From IMG/VR virus record IMGVR_UViG_2541047956_000006: a stretch of DNA of 37,744 nt; one strand, 5' to 3'. This document shows, one piece after another, positions 9,070-18,330 of the stretch. How positions within the stretch are numbered: the stretch's first letter is position 1; each line of letters begins with the position of its first letter. The notes under the pieces are model-generated. The model saw nothing but the letters and a program-made list of their open reading frames with translations. It had not been told where the DNA came from and made no database searches. The position numbers and the translations under genes were made by a program. This DNA is from a virus. Taxonomy: Duplodnaviria; Heunggongvirae; Uroviricota; Caudoviricetes.

Positions 9070-9455
9070 CGGAAGATTTATTTGGTGATTTGCAGGATGA
9101 CACCATCCTGGCACATCTTGACAATCCCGCAGAGGATACGTCACGCTTTCCGGCACTGCTGGCGGAGCTGAACGATTTACTGCGCGGGGAATTGTCCCGG
9201 TTAGGTGTTGACCCGGCCCATTCACTGGAGATTGTTGTGGCTATCTGTAAGCATCTGGGCGGCGGTCAGGTCTACATTCCACGCGGTCAGGTTCTGGATT
9301 CGCTTATTCGGGATTTGCGTATCTGGAATGATTTCAACGGTCGCAATGTTCACGAACTGGCAATCCGTCATGGTGTGACATTTAACACAGTCTATAAAGC
9401 CATCCGACGAATGCGGCGTATAAAGTATCGTCAGTATTCCCCCCCTTTGTTTTAA
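9066..9455 (+). CDS. mor: Mor, middle operon regulator
   Basis: 129 aa; shares the GG.QVYIP ... FNGRN motifs with C protein at 10434; matches Mu Mor as recalled. Confidence 0.93.
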   Translation: MTEDLFGDLQDDTILAHLDNPAEDTSRFPALLAELNDLLRGELSRLGVDPAHSLEIVVAICKHLGGGQVYIPRGQVLDSLIRDLRIWNDFNGRNVHELAIRHGVTFNTVYKAIRRMRRIKYRQYSPPLF

Positions 9456-9460
9456 ACAGT

Positions 9461-9486
9461 AAAGCCGGTTAATCCGGCTTTTTTTA
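9461..9486 (+). terminator. Intrinsic terminator ending the early operon
   Basis: Stem AAAGCCGG / CCGGCTTT with 5-nt loop followed by a T run, immediately after mor. Confidence 0.75.
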
Positions 9487-9537
9487 CGCCCTCAATATTC
9501 TGTTGTGACGATAAAACGTTCATGACAGGAGGGCAAC

Positions 9538-10098
9538 ATGCCTGAGTTTTCCCCTGCATTCCTTCATTCGCTGAATTTCGTTATACGCCCTGATGTTGAA
9601 GGTGGCTATGTTAATGATCCTGCCGACCGTGGCGGCGAAACGAAATACGGTATTTCTGACCGTCGCGACGGCGTTATTGATGGCAAAACCGATGTTAACG
9701 GTGACGGAAAACCTGATACCCGCATTAAGGATTTAACCCGCGAGCAGGCGGCGCAGATCTACTGGCGTGATTACTGGCTGGCGGCAAAGTGTAACGAATG
9801 GCCTGATGGCGTTTCCTTATTCGTTTTTGATGCTGCCGTTCAGCACGGTGTTAAACGCGCGATTCAGATCCTCCAGGCGGCAGCAGGTGTTGATGATGAT
9901 GGCATCGTCGGTAAAAACACACGCGCAGCCGTTCTGCGTGCCGATACTGACTGGCTGCTGTTGCAGTGCTTCCTGCGTCGTTCCCGCTATTACGCAGGGA
10001 TTATCAAATCCAGTGCCTCGCAGGGGAAATATCTGAATGGCTGGTTTAACCGTCTGGATCTGCTCGCCAGCGCCTGTCGGGAGGTTCTGCATGGGTAA
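9538..10098 (+). CDS. GH108-like muramidase with C-terminal peptidoglycan-binding (PG_binding_3-like) region
   Basis: 186 aa; EGGYVNDPADRGGETKYGIS motif typical of GH108 N-termini; later DDDGIVGKNTRAAV resembles the PG-binding domain. Confidence 0.7.
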   Translation: MPEFSPAFLHSLNFVIRPDVEGGYVNDPADRGGETKYGISDRRDGVIDGKTDVNGDGKPDTRIKDLTREQAAQIYWRDYWLAAKCNEWPDGVSLFVFDAAVQHGVKRAIQILQAAAGVDDDGIVGKNTRAAVLRADTDWLLLQCFLRRSRYYAGIIKSSASQGKYLNGWFNRLDLLASACREVLHG

Positions 10099-10321
10099 AG
10101 GGTGGGATGCGTCCTTTCAGTTCGGCAGGCGTGAACGTTTACGACAGGAGGTATTACATCGGGAGGCCGGAGGCCCACCACCAAAGCCAATGGATTACAC
10201 AGGGCACGATGGCACCCACGGCAGTTATTACATGAAAGGCTGGCAGTCAGTTGATATGCCGGAAATTCTTCACCACTGTCAACGTTATAAGGAAAAATAT
10301 TGTGTACAGAAAATTCAGTGA
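10091..10321 (+). CDS. Hypothetical middle-operon protein
   Basis: 76 aa from ATG 10091 preceded by GGGAGG; track ORF from 10037 overlaps upstream gene. Confidence 0.5.
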   Translation: MGKGWDASFQFGRRERLRQEVLHREAGGPPPKPMDYTGHDGTHGSYYMKGWQSVDMPEILHHCQRYKEKYCVQKIQ

Positions 10322-10421
10322 TGAATGTTTCGGGCCGTCCACGCTGATTAATGCGATAAAAGTGATTGCCCTTGTGGTTCTGATAACCATCAGTGCCGTG
10401 GTGTATCTTTTTGTCTGTTAA
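10302..10421 (+). CDS. Candidate 39-aa membrane protein (not in ORF track)
   Basis: GTG at 10302 preceded by AGGA ~9 nt upstream; translation VYRKFSDECFGPSTLINAIKVIALVVLITISAVVYLFVC with a C-terminal hydrophobic helix. Confidence 0.3.
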   Translation: MYRKFSDECFGPSTLINAIKVIALVVLITISAVVYLFVC

Positions 10422-10433
10422 CCGGGGGAAAAT

Positions 10434-10856
10434 ATGCAGCATGATTTATTTGAACACGATCCGGCAATTCGCCAGTTAATCGGACATATTGATAACATCC
10501 CGGCCCCGGAACTGGAATCACGCTGGCCCCGTTCGGTGGTTGATCTGATTGATGTTCTGGAAAACGAACTGAAACGCCAGAACGTCAGCAATCCCCGTGA
10601 ACTTGCCCGTAAACAGGCCGTCGCCCTGTCCTGTTTTCTGGGTGGACGGCAGTTTTACATCCCCTGCGGCGATACGATCCTGACCGCGTTACGCGACGAT
10701 TTGCTTTACTGCCAGTTTAATGGTCGTAACATGGAAGAACTGCGTCGCCAGTACCGCCTGTCCCAGCCGCAGATCTACCAGATTATTGCCCGCCAGAGAA
10801 AGCTGCATACACGACGTCATCAGCCTGATCTGTTCTCACCTGAAAGCCCAAAATAA
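10434..10856 (+). CDS. C: C protein, late transcription activator
   Basis: 140 aa; Mor paralog (GGRQFYIP, FNGRNMEEL); located just upstream of lys. Confidence 0.93.
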   Translation: MQHDLFEHDPAIRQLIGHIDNIPAPELESRWPRSVVDLIDVLENELKRQNVSNPRELARKQAVALSCFLGGRQFYIPCGDTILTALRDDLLYCQFNGRNMEELRRQYRLSQPQIYQIIARQRKLHTRRHQPDLFSPESPK

Positions 10857-10880
10857 CCGGCATCCTGCCGGTTATTTCCT
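10854..10880 (+). terminator. Hairpin at end of C, candidate middle-operon terminator
   Basis: 9-bp stem TAACCGGCA / TGCCGGTTA with 3-nt loop followed by TTTCCT. Confidence 0.55.
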
Positions 10881-10947
10881 GTCACCATAATCCCGCACCT
10901 GCCACCTGATTTTTTAGACTGCCATCAGAGCATTTTTTCAGGGAAGC

Positions 10948-11466
10948 ATGATGGCGGGGATACCAAAAAAACTGAAAGCCACACTGCTGGCGGCAACGAT
11001 TGCCGGTGGCGGTGTGGGTGGTTATCAGGAAATGACCCGTCAGTCTCTGATCCACCTGGAAAATATCGCTTATATGCCTTACCGCGATATTGGCGGTGTG
11101 CTTTCGGTCTGTGTGGGGCATACCGGGCCGGATATCGAAATGCGCCGTTACAGCCATGCGGAGTGTATGGCTCTCCTCGACAGTGATTTAAAACCGGTTT
11201 ATGCGGCAATCGATCGTCTTGTCAGGGTGCCGCTGACGCCATATCAGAAAACGGCGCTGGCAACGTTTATTTTCAACACCGGTGTTACCGCATTCAGTAA
11301 ATCAACGCTGCTGAAAAAACTCAATGCCGGTGATTACGCCGGAGCGCGTGACCAGATGGCCCGCTGGGTGTTTGCCGCAGGCCATAAATGGAAAGGACTG
11401 ATGAACCGTCGCGAAGTGGAAATGGCTATCTGGAATATCAGGGGGGCGGATGACCTTCGCCAGTAA
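10948..11466 (+). CDS. lys: SAR endolysin, T4-lysozyme-like (GH24)
   Basis: 172 aa; Gly/Ala-rich weakly hydrophobic N-terminus (ATLLAATIAGGGVGG); catalytic spacing E-8x-D-5x-S. Confidence 0.92.
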   Translation: MMAGIPKKLKATLLAATIAGGGVGGYQEMTRQSLIHLENIAYMPYRDIGGVLSVCVGHTGPDIEMRRYSHAECMALLDSDLKPVYAAIDRLVRVPLTPYQKTALATFIFNTGVTAFSKSTLLKKLNAGDYAGARDQMARWVFAAGHKWKGLMNRREVEMAIWNIRGADDLRQ

Positions 11467-11836
11467 AAGTTTACTGCTGGCAGCCGTGTTTGCCGCCGTT
11501 CTGTCCGGGGTGTTGTGGCACAGGCTGGACAGCACCCGCCACGATAACCAGACGCTGCGCCGTGAATTACAGACGGAGCAACAGGCCCGCAACACGGCTG
11601 AATGGTTGTTACACGGTCAGGAACAGACGATGCAGGTATTTTCCGCTATCCGTGCCGCAAATCGTGCCGCGCGGCTGGCAGATGAGACAGAACATCATGA
11701 TGCAAAACAAAAAATTACAACCGCCATTACCGGTGACAATTGCAGCACTCGTCCTGTGCCTGCCGTTGCTGCTGACAGGTTGCGGGAACTCGAAAAACGC
11801 ACCCGTGCCATCGGTGGTGATCCTGCCCGAAACTGA
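11450..11836 (+). CDS. i-spanin (Rz-like)
   Basis: 128 aa with N-terminal TM helix then charged coiled-coil-like region; overlaps lys end. Confidence 0.8.
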   Translation: MTFASKSLLLAAVFAAVLSGVLWHRLDSTRHDNQTLRRELQTEQQARNTAEWLLHGQEQTMQVFSAIRAANRAARLADETEHHDAKQKITTAITGDNCSTRPVPAVAADRLRELEKRTRAIGGDPARN

Positions 11837-12038
11837 TGCAGAACTGACGGAAGCAACGCCCGTTCCGCCCATGCCACAGCCCCTGACGTGGGGAGCATCC
11901 CTTCTCTGGAATGCTGACCTGTTGATGGCGCTCGGGCAGTGCAACCGCGACAAGGCATCAGTCCGGGAACAGGAGACCCGAAGGAAAGAAATTTATGAAC
12001 GAAGACCAGAACCGGGCGGTGGCGCTGCTGCTCGCTGA
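11682..12038 (+). CDS. o-spanin (Rz1-like lipoprotein), overlapped with i-spanin
   Basis: Other frame, starts inside i-spanin gene; signal peptide ending in lipobox LLLTGC; start may be 11682, 11697 or 11700. Confidence 0.65.
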   Translation: MRQNIMMQNKKLQPPLPVTIAALVLCLPLLLTGCGNSKNAPVPSVVILPETDAELTEATPVPPMPQPLTWGASLLWNADLLMALGQCNRDKASVREQETRRKEIYERRPEPGGGAAAR

Positions 12039-12189
12039 ACTCTGGCAGGGGGATACCCGTGATATTCCCCGCCCGGCGGCGTATGACCCGCCTGTATTGT
12101 GTGCCGGTTGCGGTCGTGAGCTGCGGCCTGATGTGCTGAGACAGCAGCCGATGACGAACTACTGCCACTGGTGCCGTGGAGCAGAATAA
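11995..12189 (+). CDS. Hypothetical small protein
   Basis: 64 aa ORF with CxxC...CxxC; follows spanins. Confidence 0.5.
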   Translation: MNEDQNRAVALLLAELWQGDTRDIPRPAAYDPPVLCAGCGRELRPDVLRQQPMTNYCHWCRGAE

Positions 12190-12488
12190 TGGATTTGATT
12201 TCAGTTTTAGCGTTATGGCCTTACCTGTTGCCTGTTGTGGCCGGTGGGGCCGTCTGGGCAATGCGTCGTAGTTTTGCCAGCACTGAGCGTGTGGAGCGTC
12301 TTGAAAACCGGATGACCGAAATGGAAACCCGCTACGCCAGCATCCCTGGCACAGAAGATGTACACGAAATGCGCCTGCGTATTGCAGAGCTGTCCGGCGA
12401 TATCCGGGTGCTGTCCCAGCGGGTGCAGTCATTTTCCCATCAACTGGAGCTGCTGCTTGAAAACGCAGTAAACCGGAGTAATTCATGA
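12189..12488 (+). CDS. Small membrane protein (Mu gp25-like position)
   Basis: 99 aa from ATG 12189 (TAATG overlap); N-terminal TM helix MDLISVLALWPYLLPVVAGGAVWAM then coiled-coil-like region. Confidence 0.6.
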   Translation: MDLISVLALWPYLLPVVAGGAVWAMRRSFASTERVERLENRMTEMETRYASIPGTEDVHEMRLRIAELSGDIRVLSQRVQSFSHQLELLLENAVNRSNS

Positions 12489-12775
12489 TTAACGATATTC
12501 TGACCGAAGACCGTCGTCTGGTCATCCTGCGTTCCCTGATGGACTGCAATAACGAAGCAAACGAATCCATCCTTCAGGACTGTCTGGATGCATACGGACA
12601 CAACGTTTCCCGCGATGTGGTTCGCGGCCAGATTGACTGGCTGGCAGAGCAGCAACTGGTCACCGTGGAAAACCTGCGCGGCTTTTATGTCGTAACGCTG
12701 ACCTCCCGAGGTCAGGATGTGGCAGAAGGTCGTGCCCGCGTTGCCGGTGTCAAGCGTCCTCGTCCCCGTGCATGA
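12485..12775 (+). CDS. Hypothetical protein preceding terminase
   Basis: 96 aa; RBS GGAG 8 nt upstream. Confidence 0.6.
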   Translation: MINDILTEDRRLVILRSLMDCNNEANESILQDCLDAYGHNVSRDVVRGQIDWLAEQQLVTVENLRGFYVVTLTSRGQDVAEGRARVAGVKRPRPRA

Positions 12776-12786
12776 CAGGAGGCGTG

Positions 12787-13362
12787 ATGGACAGGAAAAC
12801 ACGGGGCCGGGCTTCAAAAGTGGATTTACTGCCGGAAAACGTACGTAAAACGCTGCATGAAATGCTGCGTGATAAAGCGATCCCACAGGCCCGCATTCTG
12901 GAAGAAATTAACGCACTGATTGAAGACGCAGGCCTGCCGGATGAGATGAAACTCTCCCGTTCCGGTCTGAATCGTTACGCGACGAACGTCGAGCAGGTAG
13001 GCCATAACCTGCGACAGATGCGTGAAATGACGTCAGCACTGACCGCAGAACTTGGCGACAAGCCAATGGGAGAAACCACAAAGCTGATTCTGGAAATGGC
13101 CCGCAGCCAGCTTTTTAAGGCCATGATGCGGCAAATCGAAAACCCGGAATCTGACGTGGATATTGACCTGCTGAAAAATGCCATGCTGGCGGCACAGCGT
13201 CTGGAATCCACGGCAATGTCCAGCCACCGGCGCGAGAAAGAAATCCGCCAGGCATTCGCAGAAGAAGCGGCAAACGCCGTCAGTGAAGAACTGCGCGGGC
13301 AGGATGGCATCAGCGAAGAGCTGGAGCAGCGTATCCGTGATGTGCTGCTGGGTAAGGCATGA
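12787..13362 (+). CDS. Probable terminase small subunit
   Basis: 191 aa from ATG 12787 with strong AGGAGG RBS (track start 12772); directly upstream of large terminase. Confidence 0.7.
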   Translation: MDRKTRGRASKVDLLPENVRKTLHEMLRDKAIPQARILEEINALIEDAGLPDEMKLSRSGLNRYATNVEQVGHNLRQMREMTSALTAELGDKPMGETTKLILEMARSQLFKAMMRQIENPESDVDIDLLKNAMLAAQRLESTAMSSHRREKEIRQAFAEEAANAVSEELRGQDGISEELEQRIRDVLLGKA

Positions 13363-13369
13363 GAGGGTT

Positions 13370-15025
13370 ATGAACACCAGAGAAAACAATCTTAAAGCCC
13401 TTCATGCCCCCCGCAAAATCGACCTGCGCAAGGAGGCCGAACTGCTTGGCGTGAATATCGTGACCGATATCGGGGAAGCGCAGCCCCGCAATGAACCGGT
13501 TTTCCTGGGCTATCAGCGCCGCTGGTTTGAGGATGAAAGCCAGATTTGCATTGCTGAAAAATCCCGTCGTACCGGTCTGACATGGGCCGAAGCGGGCCGC
13601 AATGTCATGACGGCCGCAAAGCCGCGTCGCCGTGGTGGTCGCAACGTCTTTTATGTGGGTTCCCGTCAGGAAATGGCGCTGGAATACATCGCCGCCTGTG
13701 CCCTGTTTGCCCGCGCCTTTAACCAGCTGGCAAAGGCTGACGTCTGGGAGCAGACCTTCTGGGACAGCGACAAAAAAGAAGAAATCCTCACCTACATGAT
13801 CCGCTTTCCGAACAGTGGATTTAAGGTGCAGGCGCTTTCAAGCCGCCCGTCTAACCTGCGTGGTTTACAGGGGGATGTGGTGATTGATGAAGCGGCATTT
13901 CATGAAGCCCTGGACGAACTCCTGAAAGCGGCCTTTGCGCTCACCATGTGGGGTGCCCGCGTGCGGATCATATCGACACATAACGGCGTCGATAACCTGT
14001 TTAACCAGTACATTCAGGATGCGCGCGAGGGGCGCAAGGATTACAGCGTTCACCGCATCACGCTGGATGATGCCATCGCTGACGGACTGTACCGGCGTAT
14101 CTGTTACGTCACGAATCAGCCGTGGTCGCCGGAAGCGGAAAAAGCCTGGCGTGATGGCCTGTACCGGAATGCGCCGAATAAAGAGAGCGCCGACGAGGAA
14201 TACGGCTGTATTCCCAAAAAATCCGGTGGCGCTTACCTGTCCCGTGTCCTGATTGAAGCTGCCATGACACCCGCGCGGGATATCCCGGTTCTGCGTTTTG
14301 AAGCCCCGGACGATTTTGAATCGCTGACACCGCAGATGCGCCACGGTATCGTTCAGGACTGGTGTGAACAGGAGCTGCTCCCGTTGCTCGATGCGCTGTC
14401 ACCGCTCAATAAACACGTACTGGGCGAAGACTTTGCACGCCGTGGCGACCTGACGGTGTTTGTGCCGCTTGCCATCACTCCAGACTTACGCAAACGCGAA
14501 TGTTTCCGCGTGGAGCTGCGTAATGTGACCTATGACCAGCAGCGACAAATCCTTTTATTCATTCTGTCCCGTTTGCCCCGTTTTACCGGCGCTGCATTTG
14601 ATGCCACCGGTAACGGCGGTTATATGGCAGAAGCCGCCCGTCTGATTTATGGCCCGGAGATGATCGACTGTGTGAATCTGACCGCATCCTGGTATCAGGA
14701 GTGGATGCCAAAACTGAAAGGCGAGTTTGAAGCGCAGAACATCACGATTGCCCGGCACCAGACCACACTTGATGACCTGCTCCATATCAAGGTGGACAAA
14801 GGTATTCCGCAGATTGATAAGGGGCGCACAAAAGATGAAGGCGGTAAAGGCCGACGACATGGCGACTTTGCCGTGGCGCTCTGTATGGCTGTCAGGGCGT
14901 CTTATATGAATGGTTTTGTTATCGACGAGGACAGCATACAGGCGCTGCCACCACGCCACCGTGGTGATGATGTTGATAACGATGATTTTGATGATTATCA
15001 CCAGTTTGAACGAGGGGGCTGGTAA
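13370..15025 (+). CDS. Terminase large subunit
   Basis: 551 aa from ATG 13370 (track ORF start 13178 overlaps upstream gene); nuclease-like region LQGDVVIDEAAF; position before portal. Confidence 0.88.
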   Translation: MNTRENNLKALHAPRKIDLRKEAELLGVNIVTDIGEAQPRNEPVFLGYQRRWFEDESQICIAEKSRRTGLTWAEAGRNVMTAAKPRRRGGRNVFYVGSRQEMALEYIAACALFARAFNQLAKADVWEQTFWDSDKKEEILTYMIRFPNSGFKVQALSSRPSNLRGLQGDVVIDEAAFHEALDELLKAAFALTMWGARVRIISTHNGVDNLFNQYIQDAREGRKDYSVHRITLDDAIADGLYRRICYVTNQPWSPEAEKAWRDGLYRNAPNKESADEEYGCIPKKSGGAYLSRVLIEAAMTPARDIPVLRFEAPDDFESLTPQMRHGIVQDWCEQELLPLLDALSPLNKHVLGEDFARRGDLTVFVPLAITPDLRKRECFRVELRNVTYDQQRQILLFILSRLPRFTGAAFDATGNGGYMAEAARLIYGPEMIDCVNLTASWYQEWMPKLKGEFEAQNITIARHQTTLDDLLHIKVDKGIPQIDKGRTKDEGGKGRRHGDFAVALCMAVRASYMNGFVIDEDSIQALPPRHRGDDVDNDDFDDYHQFERGGW

Positions 15026-16563
15026 TGGGCCGTATTCTGGATATTTCCGGGCAGCCGTTTGATTTTGACGATGAAATGCAGACCCGCAGCGATGAGCTGG
15101 CAATGGTCATGAAGCGCACGCAGGAGCATCCTTCCAGTGGTGTAACGCCGAACCGGGCCGCGCAGATGCTGCGTGATGCCGAACGCGGTGATCTGACAGC
15201 ACAGGCTGACCTGGCCTTTGATATGGAAGAAAAGGACACCCACCTTTTTTCCGAACTGAGCAAACGCCGCCTTGCCATTCAGGCGCTGGAATGGCGCATC
15301 GCTCCGGCACGTGATGCCAGCGCACAGGAGAAAAAAGACGCCGACATGCTGAATGAATATCTGCATGATGCGGCGTGGTTTGAAGATGCCCTGTTTGATG
15401 CCGGTGATGCCATTCTCAAGGGCTATTCCATGCAGGAGATTGAATGGGGGTGGCTTGGGAAAATGCGCGTGCCGGTGGCGCTGCATCATCGCGATCCGGC
15501 GCTGTTCTGCGCGAACCCCGACAATCTGAACGAATTACGCCTGCGTGATGCGTCTTATCACGGGCTGGAGCTGCAACCGTTCGGCTGGTTTATGCACCGG
15601 GCCAAATCCCGCACCGGGTATGTCGGCACCAATGGCCTTGTGCGCACGCTTATCTGGCCTTTTATTTTTAAAAACTATTCCGTGCGTGATTTTGCAGAGT
15701 TTCTGGAAATTTACGGACTTCCCATGCGCGTCGGTAAATATCCGACCGGCTCAACGAACCGCGAGAAAGCCACGCTGATGCAGGCCGTGATGGATATCGG
15801 GCGACGTGCCGGTGGCATTATTCCGATGGGGATGACGCTGGATTTTCAGAGCGCCGCAGATGGTCAGTCAGACCCTTTTATGGCGATGATTGGCTGGGCA
15901 GAAAAAGCGATTTCAAAAGCCATTCTGGGCGGCACCCTGACCACAGAGGCTGGCGATAAAGGTGCGCGGTCGCTGGGTGAAGTGCATGATGAGGTTCGCC
16001 GGGAAATCCGTAACGCGGATGTGGGCCAGCTTGCCCGCAGTATTAACCGTGACCTGATTTATCCCCTGCTGGCACTGAACAGTGACAGTACCATTGATAT
16101 TAACCGCCTGCCGGGCATTGTATTTGATACCAGTGAAGCGGGTGATATTACGGCACTATCTGACGCCATTCCGAAACTGGCGGCGGGAATGCGTGTTCCG
16201 GTCTCCTGGATACAGGAAAAACTTCATATTCCACAGCCGGTCGGTGATGAAGCCGTGTTTACTGCTCAACCGGTTGTCCCGGATAACGGTCCGCAGAAAG
16301 AGGCCGCATTATCCGCTGAAGATATCCCGCCGGAGGATGATATCGACCGGATGGGCGTCTCACCGGAAGACTGGCAGCGTTCGGTTGATCCCCTGCTGAA
16401 ACCCGTCATTTTTTCTGTGCTGAAAGATGGCCCGGAAGCCGCCATGAACAAAGCCGCTTCATTATATCCCCAGATGGATGATGCAGAACTTATCGACATG
16501 CTGACCCGTGCCATTTTTGTTGCCGATATATGGGGGCGTCTGGATGCCGCAGCAGACCATTGA
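15025..16563 (+). CDS. H: Portal protein
   Basis: 512 aa; TAATG overlap with terminase; Mu late gene order. Confidence 0.9.
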   Translation: MGRILDISGQPFDFDDEMQTRSDELAMVMKRTQEHPSSGVTPNRAAQMLRDAERGDLTAQADLAFDMEEKDTHLFSELSKRRLAIQALEWRIAPARDASAQEKKDADMLNEYLHDAAWFEDALFDAGDAILKGYSMQEIEWGWLGKMRVPVALHHRDPALFCANPDNLNELRLRDASYHGLELQPFGWFMHRAKSRTGYVGTNGLVRTLIWPFIFKNYSVRDFAEFLEIYGLPMRVGKYPTGSTNREKATLMQAVMDIGRRAGGIIPMGMTLDFQSAADGQSDPFMAMIGWAEKAISKAILGGTLTTEAGDKGARSLGEVHDEVRREIRNADVGQLARSINRDLIYPLLALNSDSTIDINRLPGIVFDTSEAGDITALSDAIPKLAAGMRVPVSWIQEKLHIPQPVGDEAVFTAQPVVPDNGPQKEAALSAEDIPPEDDIDRMGVSPEDWQRSVDPLLKPVIFSVLKDGPEAAMNKAASLYPQMDDAELIDMLTRAIFVADIWGRLDAAADH

Positions 16564-17863
16564 TCTGGCGTATGCCGCACGCCTCCCGCCAAAGGAGGCT
16601 GTCGCGTATTTCCGCGCCAAAGGCTACAACATCACCTGGAACTGGTACGAACAACTGGCAGACGCGCACGCCCGCGCCTTTACCGTTGCCAAAGCCACCC
16701 GGATGGATGTACTGACCACAATCCGTGAGGAAGTGGAGCGGGCTGTCAGTGAAGGCATCACCCGTGAGGAATTTACCCGCACACTGGCCCCCCGGCTGCA
16801 AAAACTCGGATGGTGGGGAAAACAAATCATCGTGGATGCAGAGGGAAACGCAAAGGTAATCGAGCTGGGTAGTCCGCGTCGTCTGGCAACCATTTATAAC
16901 GTCAATACCCGTACGGCGTATGGGGCAGGACGTTATGCGCAGATGATGAATACCGCAGATTTGTATCCATACTGGCAGTACGTTGCCGTTATGGATGGCA
17001 GAACACGCCCGGAACATGCGCGGCTGCACAATATGGTTTTCAGGTATGACGACATTTTCTGGCAGACGCATTACCCACCCAATGGCTGGAACTGCCGCTG
17101 TCGCGTCCGGGCGGTGTCTGCGGCCCGCATGAAAGAACTGGGGCTACAGGTCAGTTATGGTGCGTCATTCATGAATACCCGCGAAGTGGACGCCGGTATG
17201 GATGAAAGCACCGGAGAGATTTTCCGCACATCGTCAACCACGTTTGACAACGGTCGGGTAAAAATGACGCCGGATGTGGGCTGGTCATATAACCCGGGTT
17301 CGGCGGCGTTTGGTACGGATCAGGCACTGATTCGAAAACTGGTGGAAATTCGCGACGCGCAGTTGCGTGAGCAGGTTGTTCAGACGCTGAATAACAGCCG
17401 GGAGCGTCAGCTTGCTTTTTCCCTCTGGCTTAAACGCCTGGCAGGATCACGTCAGACCGCTCATGAAATCCGGGCACTGGGTTTTATGACGGAATCGGTA
17501 GCTGAAGCCGTACATCAGCGCACCGGGAATATGCCAGCCCGTCTGCTTGTGATGAACTGGAAAAGTCTGGCGACCACTGCTGATGCCGCCCTGAAACCGG
17601 AGGATTTACAGCATCTGCCGTCGCTGATGGCAAAACCACAGGCAGTATTGTGGGACAGGGAGAACCACCAGTTGCTGTATGTTGTGGCAACCCGTGACGG
17701 CATGGCCCGGATTGTGGTCAGAACATCACAGACAGTCGGCAGGCAGAATGACCGTGCGGATGTGCTGGTCAGTATCAGCCGCGTATCTGCACAGTCGCTT
17801 GAAACCGCGATTGCTGACGGGATGATTGACGTACTGGAGGGGCATGTGGAGGTGAATAAGTGA
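16544..17863 (+). CDS. F: Head morphogenesis protein F
   Basis: 439 aa from ATG 16544 (track start 16508); follows portal. Confidence 0.85.
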   Translation: MPQQTIDLAYAARLPPKEAVAYFRAKGYNITWNWYEQLADAHARAFTVAKATRMDVLTTIREEVERAVSEGITREEFTRTLAPRLQKLGWWGKQIIVDAEGNAKVIELGSPRRLATIYNVNTRTAYGAGRYAQMMNTADLYPYWQYVAVMDGRTRPEHARLHNMVFRYDDIFWQTHYPPNGWNCRCRVRAVSAARMKELGLQVSYGASFMNTREVDAGMDESTGEIFRTSSTTFDNGRVKMTPDVGWSYNPGSAAFGTDQALIRKLVEIRDAQLREQVVQTLNNSRERQLAFSLWLKRLAGSRQTAHEIRALGFMTESVAEAVHQRTGNMPARLLVMNWKSLATTADAALKPEDLQHLPSLMAKPQAVLWDRENHQLLYVVATRDGMARIVVRTSQTVGRQNDRADVLVSISRVSAQSLETAIADGMIDVLEGHVEVNK

Positions 17864-18330
17864 GTCTTGATATGAACGTTGCCGTGGATGTGCGACGTAT
17901 TCAGCTTGCACTGGATGAACTGGGAACCGTCACACGTGACCGCGCCATTCCCCGTGTGATGGCTGCGGCGCTGCTGTCATCCACGGAACAGGCATTTGAA
18001 CGGCAGGCAGACCCGGATACAGGGAAAGGCTGGGAAGCGTGGAGCGATTCGTGGCAGGCATGGCGTCAGGATCATGGTTTTGTTCCGGGCAGTATCCTTA
18101 CCCTGCATGGCGATCTGGCACGCAGCATTACCACCGATTATGGACAGGATTATGCCCTGATTGGTTCGCCAAAAATTTATGCTGCCATTCATCAGTGGGG
18201 CGGTACACCCGATATGGCACCCCGCCCGGCAGGCGTTCCTGCGCGTCCTTATATGGGGCTGGATAAGACCGGGGAACAGGAAATTTTTGATGCCATCAGA
18301 AAACGTGTCAGCGCCGCTCTGAGGCAATAA
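17860..18330 (+). CDS. G: Virion morphogenesis protein G
   Basis: 156 aa from GTG 17860 preceded by GGAGG. Confidence 0.8.
   Translation: MSLDMNVAVDVRRIQLALDELGTVTRDRAIPRVMAAALLSSTEQAFERQADPDTGKGWEAWSDSWQAWRQDHGFVPGSILTLHGDLARSITTDYGQDYALIGSPKIYAAIHQWGGTPDMAPRPAGVPARPYMGLDKTGEQEIFDAIRKRVSAALRQ

Noticed and set aside
8566-9225. 219-aa minus-strand ORF antisense to gemA/mor
   Set aside because: Entirely overlaps two recognisable conserved genes; most likely a spurious antisense frame.
11695-12570. 291-aa minus-strand ORF across the lysis region
   Set aside because: Overlaps well-supported plus-strand genes (spanins and downstream ORFs); Arg/Ser/Ala-rich composition typical of antisense reading of GC-rich coding DNA; no RBS context examined that supports it.
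13178-13369. Upstream extension of the large terminase ORF given in the track (start 13178)
   Set aside because: Would overlap the small terminase gene by 185 bp in another frame; ATG at 13370 has an RBS and gives the expected size.
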